Below, in pieces: positions 28,890-37,208 of a DNA stretch of 64,000 nt (the first letter of the stretch is position 1; the number at the start of each line of letters is the position of its first letter). Location of the stretch: contig DVIX01000001.1 in the NCBI GenBank assembly GCA_018710935.1, positions 1,406-65,405 of the forward strand, read 5' to 3'. The stretch comes from Candidatus Avirikenella pullistercoris (GTDB lineage Bacteria > Bacteroidota > Bacteroidia > Bacteroidales > Rikenellaceae). The translations under genes and the position numbers were made by a program. The notes beneath the pieces are model-generated. The model saw nothing but the letters and a program-made list of their open reading frames with translations, was not told the origin of the DNA and did no database searches.

Positions 28890-30209
28890 ATGATTAATAA
28901 GGATTGGGTAAAAATAGCGGCAGTATTTTGCTTTTTGTTTTTCTGTCATGCGGCGATTTCCTGTTCTCCGAAAAACAGTGATACTACATTGTTCATAAGC
29001 GGATTGGATACCTCACGGTTACAGAAATACGCCTTTTTTCAGTTGGATAGCAACCGGATTGTCGATCCCGATTCGATAATGACCGTTTTTTACGATAAAT
29101 TGACGGAATTACAAAAACGGAATGCCTCCGTTTCCGATACGTTGCTGCCCGATGTAGTTTCTGTTTTGCATATAGGGGATTCACATATTCAAGCAGGTGT
29201 ATTTCCGGCGACTGTACGCCGTTTGTTTCAGCTCAATTTCGGGAATGCGGGGAGAGGGTTTATTGCTCCTTTGAAACTTGCGAAAACCAATGAGCCGAAC
29301 GATTATAAAATTACTTCTCCCCAGGAATGGAACAATTCCAAATGTGTGCAGCGTACGGTCGAATATCCTGTCGGACTGGGAGGAATAGCGATAGCGACCG
29401 ATTCGAAAGAGGTGGTCTTTACGATACAGACTTTGCAGAAAGATACGACGGATTCTATTGAATATAGTTTCAATTCGGTTACGGCGTTTCATCATGATAA
29501 AGCACCCTGGCTGCGGGAAGGGGAAGAGTTCGGTATAGACAGTTATTGCCCCGATACGGCAAGGGCGTATCTTACCCGTATTCCGTTGATGCAGCATACG
29601 GATTCGGTTTCTTTATATGCCGCTGTCGGTGAGGATGGATACGATGTGCCTGTTTTTTACGGATTTAGTTTGGAAAATGGGAAAAACGGCATTCTTTATC
29701 ATTCGGTCGGGGTAAATAGTGCTTGTTATACCCATTATGCCGGACAGCCGGAAATGATTCGTGAAACGGCGGATTTGGAACCGGCATTGATAATTCTTTC
29801 GATGGGAACCAATGAGGCCTCGACTTCCCGCTTTAACGGAGAGATGTTTTATAATGAGATGAAAATGTTGGTGGACGGATTGAGGAGGGTAAATCCGGGA
29901 GTTCCGCTCCTTTTAACCGTTCCTGCTGAAAATTATAGGAGGGTTTCCAGATCCTACGTTCAGAATGGCAATATAGGAAAAGTCAGAAACACCATTGCCC
30001 GTTTTGCAGCAGAGAACGGAGTGGCTTATTGGGATTTGTTTCAGGTAGGAGGAGGGAAAGGTGCAGCCGGTAAATGGTATGCAAACCGCCTGTTCAGTCG
30101 GGATAGGATTCATTTTACGGCTGAAGGGTATGAATTGCAGGGAATGTTGTTGTACGACGCTTTAATGAATAGTTATAGGGATTATTTACGGGGCGATGCT
30201 GAACATTGA
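28890..30209 (+). CDS. Secreted/lipoprotein SGNH/GDSL-family hydrolase or acyltransferase (paralogue of the preceding gene)
   Basis: Signal peptide with a lipobox-like AISC. Block I is VLHIGDSHIQAG, block III-like is SMGTNEA, and block V is RDRIHFT (DxxH). Confidence 0.62.
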   Translation: MINKDWVKIAAVFCFLFFCHAAISCSPKNSDTTLFISGLDTSRLQKYAFFQLDSNRIVDPDSIMTVFYDKLTELQKRNASVSDTLLPDVVSVLHIGDSHIQAGVFPATVRRLFQLNFGNAGRGFIAPLKLAKTNEPNDYKITSPQEWNNSKCVQRTVEYPVGLGGIAIATDSKEVVFTIQTLQKDTTDSIEYSFNSVTAFHHDKAPWLREGEEFGIDSYCPDTARAYLTRIPLMQHTDSVSLYAAVGEDGYDVPVFYGFSLENGKNGILYHSVGVNSACYTHYAGQPEMIRETADLEPALIILSMGTNEASTSRFNGEMFYNEMKMLVDGLRRVNPGVPLLLTVPAENYRRVSRSYVQNGNIGKVRNTIARFAAENGVAYWDLFQVGGGKGAAGKWYANRLFSRDRIHFTAEGYELQGMLLYDALMNSYRDYLRGDAEH

Positions 30210-31689
30210 TTGGGATAAAATAGCAGAGTTGTTGAAATATCACCAGAACTATCCGCTGATTTTCAGCAGCGGGTTGTTCCTCTTCCTTTTTGCCTGTTTC
30301 TCTCTTTTCTATTCGATGATGGGCAGGAGGGTGATGTTGCGTATTATCTATGTCGTACTCTTTTCCCTTTATTTTTATTATAAATCCAGCGGGTTTTATT
30401 TCCTGTTGCTGATAGGGGTTTCTTTGAGCGATTATGCGATAGGACATGCCCTTTATAATTCATCCGGCAATAACCGGCGGAAATTGTTTGTCGCCCTGAG
30501 CCTTTTTCTCGATTTGGGATTATTGGTATATTTTAAATATACCAACATGTTTATTGAGTTGTTAAATGATTTTACAGCCCGCCAGATCGAATTGCAGGAT
30601 ATTTTTCTGCCGATAGGCATCTCTTTTTTCGTCTTTCAGTCGTTGAGTTATATTATCGATATTTATAGGAAAAGAATCCCTCCGTTGAATCATTGGTTGG
30701 ATTATCTTTTTTATATCTCTTTTTTCCCGCAATTGGTGGCTGGTCCGATTGTCCGTGCCCGTGATTTTATCCCTCAAATACGGCAGAATCCCTTGATCGT
30801 AACTCGGGAGATGTTCGGAGAAGGAATCTTTTTGATTATTTGCGGATTGTTTAAAAAGGCGGTTATATCGGATTATATCAGTGTTAATTTCGTCGATCGG
30901 ATATTTGATAATCCGTTGTTATACAGCGGGCTGGAAAATTTAATGGGAGTGTATGGCTATGCGCTTCAGATATATTGCGACTTTTCCGGTTATTCGGATA
31001 TGGCTATCGGAATAGCTCTGTTACTGGGATTCCGGTTTAATAAGAACTTCGATTCCCCTTATAAATCGGCGACTATTACCGAATTTTGGCGTAGATGGCA
31101 TATCTCTCTTTCCAGTTGGTTGAAAGATTATCTTTATATTTCTTTGGGAGGTAACCGGAAAGGGAAAATACGTACTTACGTGAATTTATTGATTACCATG
31201 TTGCTGGGAGGTCTGTGGCATGGAGCTTCATTGCGGTTCGTTTTATGGGGCGGAATACACGGGGTTGCTTTGGGAATTCACAAAATGGCAATGGCTGTTT
31301 TTCCCGGATTTAAGGCGCAGGGAATCGATATGAACAATCGTTTCCGGCGGATATTGGGGATTTTGATTACTTTTCACCTCGTTTGTTTCAGTTGGATTTT
31401 CTTCCGTTCGGAAAGTATGGAGTCTGCCTGGGCGATGTTGGGACAGATTTTTACCTCTTTCAAAGGAGCGATATTTTTTGATTTCATTGTCGGATATAAA
31501 TGGATTGTATTATTGATGTTGATAGGTTATACTCTCCATTTTATGCCGCAAAAAGCGGAAGACCGCTTTAGAGATTATATCGCACGGCAGCCGATGTTGC
31601 TCAATGCCATATTGATTACGGCTTTAATTTGGTTGATAATGCAGATAAAGAGCGGGGAGATACAACCTTTTATCTATTTTCAGTTCTGA
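30196..31689 (+). CDS. MBOAT-family membrane-bound O-acyltransferase (AlgI/DltB/PatA-like)
   Basis: Polytopic membrane protein with the MBOAT core FWRRWHISLSSWLKDYLYISLGGN and the conserved His in LLGGLWHGAS. 14-nt overlap with the upstream SGNH gene. Confidence 0.9.
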   Translation: MLNIDWDKIAELLKYHQNYPLIFSSGLFLFLFACFSLFYSMMGRRVMLRIIYVVLFSLYFYYKSSGFYFLLLIGVSLSDYAIGHALYNSSGNNRRKLFVALSLFLDLGLLVYFKYTNMFIELLNDFTARQIELQDIFLPIGISFFVFQSLSYIIDIYRKRIPPLNHWLDYLFYISFFPQLVAGPIVRARDFIPQIRQNPLIVTREMFGEGIFLIICGLFKKAVISDYISVNFVDRIFDNPLLYSGLENLMGVYGYALQIYCDFSGYSDMAIGIALLLGFRFNKNFDSPYKSATITEFWRRWHISLSSWLKDYLYISLGGNRKGKIRTYVNLLITMLLGGLWHGASLRFVLWGGIHGVALGIHKMAMAVFPGFKAQGIDMNNRFRRILGILITFHLVCFSWIFFRSESMESAWAMLGQIFTSFKGAIFFDFIVGYKWIVLLMLIGYTLHFMPQKAEDRFRDYIARQPMLLNAILITALIWLIMQIKSGEIQPFIYFQF

Positions 31690-31872
31690 GTTTTTTAGAT
31701 TCGGAATGGATAAAAAGAGTATATTTGTATGAGGTTTTGAGATATGAGCGGTTTGTGATAGGAAAAGATGTTTTCGGAGGTGCGGAAATATCGAACGGAC
31801 GAATGAAAAACAAAATCGAGATAACAACGGGAAAAGGGGAGTAGGATAAACGGTTTTAAAAAAGAAAGAAAT

Positions 31873-32808
31873 ATGGAAGTTTCTCAGTTAAAACAGGAAA
31901 TAGCGAAATTGAAGAAAGAAAAAAATGCGATAATTCTTTCTCATTATTATACTCGTGACGAGGTACAGGAAGTTGCCGATTTTATCGGCGATAGTTTGGC
32001 TCTGTCGCGAAAAGCGGAAAATACCGACGCCGATATTATTCTTTTTGCCGGTGTACATTTTATGGCAGAAACGGCCAAAGTGCTTTCTCCGGAGAAAAAG
32101 GTGTTGTTGCCCGATTTAGAGGCGGGATGTTCTTTGGCTGATTCCTGCAATGCGGTTGAATTTGAAAAATTCGTAATGGCACATCCCGGTTATACGGTCG
32201 TTTCCTATGTAAATACAACGGTGGAGGTGAAGGCCTTGACCGATATTATCTGTACTTCCAGCAATGCTATCGATATTGTCAATTCATTGCCTGCAGATGA
32301 AAAAATTATTTTCGGACCGGACAGAAATCTCGGAAATTACGTTAAAAGCGTTACGGGTAGGGAGAATATGTTGATATGGGACGGGGCATGCCATGTTCAT
32401 GAACAATTTTCTTTGGAACGTATTCTGGAACTTAAGAAAGAATATCCGAATGCTAAAATCTTGACGCATCCGGAGTGTAAAAAACCGATTCTGTTGGTTT
32501 CCGATCATGTAGGTTCTACGGCGGCATTGCTCGATTTTGCCAAAAAAGACGATGCCGAAGAATATATCGTGGTTACCGAACCGGGCATCCTGTACCAGAT
32601 GAGAAAAGAGTGTCCCGGAAAGAAATTTATTCCTGCTCCCCCGACAGATGCTGCCTGTGGCTGCAATGATTGCAATTTTATGAAATTGATTACTCTGGAA
32701 AAGATATACCGTTCGCTGAAAGAGGAGATATACGAAATAACTCTCGATGAAGAAATCCGTCAAAAAGCGGAGAAATCGATCAAACGGATGTTGGAACTTT
32801 CCAAATAG
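31873..32808 (+). CDS. nadA: Quinolinate synthase
   Basis: 311 aa with type-II NadA blocks (ILSHYY, GVHFMAETAK, CSLADS, VSYVNT, THPEC). Confidence 0.93.
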   Translation: MEVSQLKQEIAKLKKEKNAIILSHYYTRDEVQEVADFIGDSLALSRKAENTDADIILFAGVHFMAETAKVLSPEKKVLLPDLEAGCSLADSCNAVEFEKFVMAHPGYTVVSYVNTTVEVKALTDIICTSSNAIDIVNSLPADEKIIFGPDRNLGNYVKSVTGRENMLIWDGACHVHEQFSLERILELKKEYPNAKILTHPECKKPILLVSDHVGSTAALLDFAKKDDAEEYIVVTEPGILYQMRKECPGKKFIPAPPTDAACGCNDCNFMKLITLEKIYRSLKEEIYEITLDEEIRQKAEKSIKRMLELSK

Positions 32809-32811
32809 AGG

Positions 32812-34854
32812 TCATTTCTTTTCGAGCTTTGCCAACAGAGCTTGTAATTCATACATTTTATCGCGTTGGGCTGCCGCTGTCAGGAAGTCCAACTGTTTAG
32901 CGGCTTCTTCCATTTTGTTTTTCGCCTCTTCGATTCGTTCTCGTAATGTATCGGGGGTAAATGTTCCGTATTCCGCCTGTTTCTCTGCCACCATTCCGAG
33001 AGGAGTGTAAGATATGTCGTAATTCGTATTTTCTTCTTTAAGGCCTTTTTTAGGCTGATTCGAGGCAAATAATGCTTTATTGGTACTTCCGGCTATCTGG
33101 CGGGGTGTTATTCCGTGTTCTTCGTTATATCGTTGTTGTTTTTTCCGGCGGTTTTCAGTAGCATTTATCATCTCCTGCATTGAATTGGTAATGGTATCTG
33201 CATACATGATTACCTTGCCGCGGATATTTCTTGCCGCCCGCCCTGCCGTTTGGATGAGAGAGCGAGAAGAGCGGAGGAATCCTTCTTTATCGGCGTCCAT
33301 AATGATAACAAGAGCAACCTGGGGAAGGTCCAGCCCCTCTCTTAAAAGGTTTACGCCTACCAGTACGTCGAATAGCCCGTCCCGGAATTCGTCTAATAGT
33401 TCCAACCGTTCTACCGTGTCTATGTCGGAATGGATATACCGGCACCGGATACCCACCCTTTCCAAATATTTGGTGAGCTCTTCCGCCATTCTTTTCGTGA
33501 GCGTGGTAATCATTACCCGGTCGTCCTGTTCCGTTGCCTGGTGTATGTCTTCTACTACCCGGTCTATCTGATTTTCTGTTTTGCGGACTTCGATTTCCGG
33601 ATCCAATAAGCCGGTGGGGCGGATTACCTGTTCGACGACTACACCTTCGCTTTTGTTCAGTTCATAGTCTGCCGGTGTGGCACTGACATAGACCGTCTGG
33701 CCGGTCAATCGTTCGAACTCTTCGAATTTCAGAGGACGGTTATCCAATGCCGACGGGAGCCGGAATCCGTAATCGACCAGATTGGTTTTTCTGGAAAAAT
33801 CGCCTCCGTACATTCCTCGTATCTGAGGAACTGTGACATGGCTTTCGTCGATGATGAGCAGAAAATCTTTCGGAAAATAGTCGAGCAGGCAGAATGGCCT
33901 GCTGCCTGCGCTCCTGCCGTCGAAATAGCGGGAATAGTTTTCTATGCCGGAACAGTATCCTACTTCTTTAATCATTTCGATATCGTACTCTACACGACTT
34001 TGCAGGCGTTTGGCTTCCATTGTTTTGCCGTGTGCATTGAACCAGGCCACCCGAAGCATCAGGTCGTCCTGTATTTCGTAAATGGCGTTATTGATGCGTT
34101 CTCTGGTCGTGACGAAATTATTGGCAGGGAAAACAGTCAATTCATCGCATACGGCAATTCGGTTTCCTGTTACAGGATCTATTTCGTAAATGTTTTCGAT
34201 TTCGTCGTAGTCGAAAATGATTCGGTAAGCACGTTCCGTATAAGCTAAAGCTACGTCGATAGAGTCGCCTTTTACCCTGAAAGTACCTCTTTTGAATTCG
34301 ATATCGTTCCGGCTGTAAAGGGCGTCTGTCAGTTTGTACATGAATTTTTGCCTTCCTATGTGGTCGCCGGGGTGTAATTCGATTGTGTTGGCGTGAAAAT
34401 CCTGAGGGTTTCCGATACCATAAAGGCAGGAAACGGAAGAGACGACGATAACATCTTTACGCCCTGAAAGGAGAGCGGATGCCGCACTTAACCGAAGTTT
34501 CTCTATATCGCTGTTTATGGCTAAATCTTTTTCTATGTAAGTATCCGTTTGGGGCAGGTAAGCCTCCGGTTGGTAGTAATCATAGTATGAAACGAAGAAC
34601 TCTACCGCATTATGCGGGAAAAAGGATTTGAATTCACTGTATAACTGTCCGGCCAGCGTTTTGTTATGGCTTAATACTAATGTCGGTTTTTGAATGTTTC
34701 GGATGACATTTGCCATTGTAAATGTTTTTCCGGAACCTGTAACACCCATTAAGGTAATGTGTTGAGTGTCTTCCTGTAAAGCCTTTGTCAGTTCTGCAAT
34801 GGCTTCCGGTTGGTCTCCGGTAGGCTTGTATTTCGATTCTAATTTGAAATCCAT
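32812..34854 (-). CDS. uvrB: Excinuclease ABC subunit B
   Basis: Walker A GVTGSGKTFT, DESH box (IIDESHVT), beta-hairpin region and C-terminal UVR domain. The track ORF runs to 34905, but MDFKLESKYKPTGDQP (ATG at 34854) matches the canonical UvrB N-terminus, and a -7 promoter motif lies inside the extension. Confidence 0.95.
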   Translation of the reverse strand: MDFKLESKYKPTGDQPEAIAELTKALQEDTQHITLMGVTGSGKTFTMANVIRNIQKPTLVLSHNKTLAGQLYSEFKSFFPHNAVEFFVSYYDYYQPEAYLPQTDTYIEKDLAINSDIEKLRLSAASALLSGRKDVIVVSSVSCLYGIGNPQDFHANTIELHPGDHIGRQKFMYKLTDALYSRNDIEFKRGTFRVKGDSIDVALAYTERAYRIIFDYDEIENIYEIDPVTGNRIAVCDELTVFPANNFVTTRERINNAIYEIQDDLMLRVAWFNAHGKTMEAKRLQSRVEYDIEMIKEVGYCSGIENYSRYFDGRSAGSRPFCLLDYFPKDFLLIIDESHVTVPQIRGMYGGDFSRKTNLVDYGFRLPSALDNRPLKFEEFERLTGQTVYVSATPADYELNKSEGVVVEQVIRPTGLLDPEIEVRKTENQIDRVVEDIHQATEQDDRVMITTLTKRMAEELTKYLERVGIRCRYIHSDIDTVERLELLDEFRDGLFDVLVGVNLLREGLDLPQVALVIIMDADKEGFLRSSRSLIQTAGRAARNIRGKVIMYADTITNSMQEMINATENRRKKQQRYNEEHGITPRQIAGSTNKALFASNQPKKGLKEENTNYDISYTPLGMVAEKQAEYGTFTPDTLRERIEEAKNKMEEAAKQLDFLTAAAQRDKMYELQALLAKLEKK

Positions 34855-34902
34855 GCTTGTTCTGTTCGTTTCCGTATCGTTGAAGCTATATAAGCTATAT
34901 TG

Positions 34903-34910
34903 CAAAAATA
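34903..34910 (-). promoter_or_regulatory. Bacteroidota -7 promoter motif (TAnnTTTG) for uvrB
   Basis: The minus strand reads TATTTTTG, about 50 nt upstream of the ATG at 34854. Confidence 0.4.
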
Positions 34911-35093
34911 CGTTTTTTATATAAAATACGGAATAATGTTTCGGCCAGGGGAAGAATTTATGACAGAGGATTTTCTTTATAAAAAAATCGAAGGATTTTT
35001 TATGTTCTCTTTTCTTTCACTATTTTTGTTCCGTTCGTAAATGCATGTTGTTCGTTTTATCGGGTTTTCTCTTACAGTTTTAATAAATGATTT

Positions 35094-35684
35094 ATGGGAC
35101 TGGTTGCTGTTTTGTTACTTGCCGTGGCGCTTAGTCTGGATACTTTTGCGGTAGCTGTGTCTATCGGAATGTGTAGAAGCAAGCTCCCTATGTATTATAA
35201 ATTTCGGTATCTGACCATAATAGGTCTGTTTCATTTTATAATGCCGGTAATAGGATGGTTGTTGGGAGTTTCCGTATATACGATGGTAGAGCATTACGAT
35301 CATTGGATTTCTTTTGCTTTGCTCTCTTTCCTGGGAATAAAAATGATATACGGGGCTTGGGGGAAAAAGGATGATGAGCCGGTCGATTTTTGTAAATATA
35401 TCTCTCTCGGCAATGCTTTGCTTTTTGGCATCGCTTTAAGTATCGACGCCATTATTGCCGGATTCTCTTTCAGTATGGTGAAGTTGCAGGTTTGCAACAT
35501 ATCTCAGTTTATGAATCTTCTATTGGCTTCGGCAATAATCGGATTGGTGGCTTTTTTTGCTACGTGGTTCGGAATAACAGTGGGTTCCTATACGGGAAAT
35601 AAAATAGGGAAGCATTCGGAAATAGTAGGGGGAATTGTGCTTATTTCACTGGGAATCAAAACATTAATAGATCATTTGTCTTAA
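35094..35684 (+). CDS. mntP: Manganese efflux pump MntP
   Basis: 196 aa, 6 TM helices, two DUF204 halves, each with the LSLDTFAV / LSIDAIIAG acidic motif. Confidence 0.85.
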   Translation: MGLVAVLLLAVALSLDTFAVAVSIGMCRSKLPMYYKFRYLTIIGLFHFIMPVIGWLLGVSVYTMVEHYDHWISFALLSFLGIKMIYGAWGKKDDEPVDFCKYISLGNALLFGIALSIDAIIAGFSFSMVKLQVCNISQFMNLLLASAIIGLVAFFATWFGITVGSYTGNKIGKHSEIVGGIVLISLGIKTLIDHLS

Positions 35685-35762
35685 AAATAGGTTTCTTTGC
35701 ATGTTTTTTGCAAGAAAACTCGTTTTATATGAATTTCCGTTTTAATCTTTGTATAAAAAACT

Positions 35763-37046
35763 ATGAAAAAAATCTTATTGCTATTTGTCTTCTCTTTTGC
35801 AGCCGCTGCTTTATATGCTCAGGGAATAGAAACGAATGAAGCGAAAGAGTTAAAGGAAAAACTTCGTAAAGTGACCTTTAAAGTAGGAGGGCGTATCGAT
35901 GCCCGTTTTAGTTATGACACTTATCAGTCGGTCACTTCCCGGGATGGGATATTGTATTTTTTTCCGAAGGCTCCGCAGTTCGACCGGTTAGGGAGCGATC
36001 TGAATAAAGAGGGAGAGTTGAATTTTAATCTTTATTCCAGCCGAATAAATCTTTCGGTTGCAGGTTTTAGAGGATTAGGTGCAGATATGTCTGTATTTAT
36101 CGAGGGGGATTTTATGGGCTCTACGACAAACTATTTACAGATGTTCCGTTTGCGTCATGCCTATTTCAAAATGGTGTGGCCTAAAAATGAGCTTTTGATA
36201 GGGCAGACTTCTCATCTTACTTATGTGGATGAGATGCAGCCTAACACTGTATTTTTTGCAGGAGGGGTTCCGTTTAATTCCTTGAATCGGGGACCGCAGA
36301 TTCGTTACACCCGAGTTTTTTCTCCGAATGTGAAATTGCTTGTAGCTGCTGAAATGTATGGTGGGCATAATAGCGTAGGGCCTTCTGACGCTCAACGTAA
36401 AGCAGCGATTCCAGATATGCAGGTGCAGATGAAATTCGGTAATCCTGATCGCGTATTCGGAGGATTTACGGTCGGGTATAAATTTCTAAAACCTCGTTCC
36501 GTAGATAATGATGGTTTGAAAATTAATAAACGGGTAGGAAGTTTCGATGTGAATGCTTTTTTGCAATTTATTCTGGAAGGATACCAATTCCAGTTGTGGG
36601 GGATTTACGGACAAAATTTGTCGATGTTGAATATGATAGGCGGTTATGGGAAATTGTTGAGCGATCCTACTGGTGGAAATTATGATTATGCTAATACTTC
36701 TACGCTTTCTGCATGGTTTGATTTCCAGACTCCCACTTTCAAAGGTTTGCAATTCGGATTTTTTGCGGGATATCAAAAGAATTTCGGTTCCAACAAACCT
36801 ATGGATTTAGCGGAAAAGGACGGAGTGTTTCAATACGGATATTTCAGAGATTGCAATGTTACATGGTTCAACAGGCTTTCTCCGCGTGTCTATTATTATG
36901 CGACAAAAAACCTCTCGTTTGGGATAGAGTATAGTTATTCTGTTGCAAGTTGGGGTGAAACATTCAATGCTTATTACGAAGCGGAAAAGTCTTATCCTAC
37001 TTCGCATAATAACCGAATAGAAGTTTTGGCAAGGTTTGCTTTCTGA
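35763..37046 (+). CDS. Putative outer-membrane porin
   Basis: Signal peptide (AAALYA/QG), beta-strand-rich composition throughout, and a terminal aromatic residue (VLARFAF). No specific family recognised. Confidence 0.55.
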   Translation: MKKILLLFVFSFAAAALYAQGIETNEAKELKEKLRKVTFKVGGRIDARFSYDTYQSVTSRDGILYFFPKAPQFDRLGSDLNKEGELNFNLYSSRINLSVAGFRGLGADMSVFIEGDFMGSTTNYLQMFRLRHAYFKMVWPKNELLIGQTSHLTYVDEMQPNTVFFAGGVPFNSLNRGPQIRYTRVFSPNVKLLVAAEMYGGHNSVGPSDAQRKAAIPDMQVQMKFGNPDRVFGGFTVGYKFLKPRSVDNDGLKINKRVGSFDVNAFLQFILEGYQFQLWGIYGQNLSMLNMIGGYGKLLSDPTGGNYDYANTSTLSAWFDFQTPTFKGLQFGFFAGYQKNFGSNKPMDLAEKDGVFQYGYFRDCNVTWFNRLSPRVYYYATKNLSFGIEYSYSVASWGETFNAYYEAEKSYPTSHNNRIEVLARFAF

Positions 37047-37065
37047 AAATGATTTTATAGTTCCA

Positions 37066-37094
37066 GAAAAGGCTGCAAAATTTGCAGCCTTTTC
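37066..37094 (+). terminator. Intrinsic terminator of the porin gene
   Basis: GAAAAGGCTGCA ... TGCAGCCTTTTC forms a near-perfect 12-bp hairpin starting 20 nt after the stop codon. The T-rich 3' arm continues into TTTTCTATT. Confidence 0.7.
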
Positions 37095-37097
37095 TAT

Positions 37098-37113
37098 TGT
37101 TCCACGTGGAACA
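37098..37113. other. parS-like ParB-binding site, copy 1 (TGTTCCACGTGGAACA)
   Basis: Perfect 16-bp palindrome. One mismatch to the B. subtilis parS TGTTCCACGTGAAACA, and it fits the consensus tGTTNCACGTGAAACa. Confidence 0.6.
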
Positions 37114-37189
37114 CATAAGCCGAATGGCTTAGGGAGTCTTTAATAAAAATGGAAAGCCCTAGGGTTGTAAACGAGGAAAAATAAAAAAT

Positions 37190-37205
37190 GTTCCACGTGG
37201 AACAT
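37190..37205. other. parS-like ParB-binding site, copy 2 (TGTTCCACGTGGAACA), embedded in a 28-bp palindrome that probably also acts as the mnmG terminator
   Basis: The 16-mer is identical to copy 1. It is flanked by A6 and T6, so 37183-37210 is a perfect 28-bp palindrome that overlaps the mnmG stop codon (37209-37211). Confidence 0.6.
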
Positions 37206-37208
37206 TTT

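Noticed and set aside
34906-35093. Possible yybP-ykoY manganese riboswitch in the mntP leader
   Set aside because: mntP is a classic yybP-ykoY-regulated gene and the leader contains CAGGGGAAGAA...UGACAGAGGA. But the conserved GGGGAGUAG, UUGACAUA and CAAGACC elements, as I remember them, are not present, and I could not draw the four-way junction.
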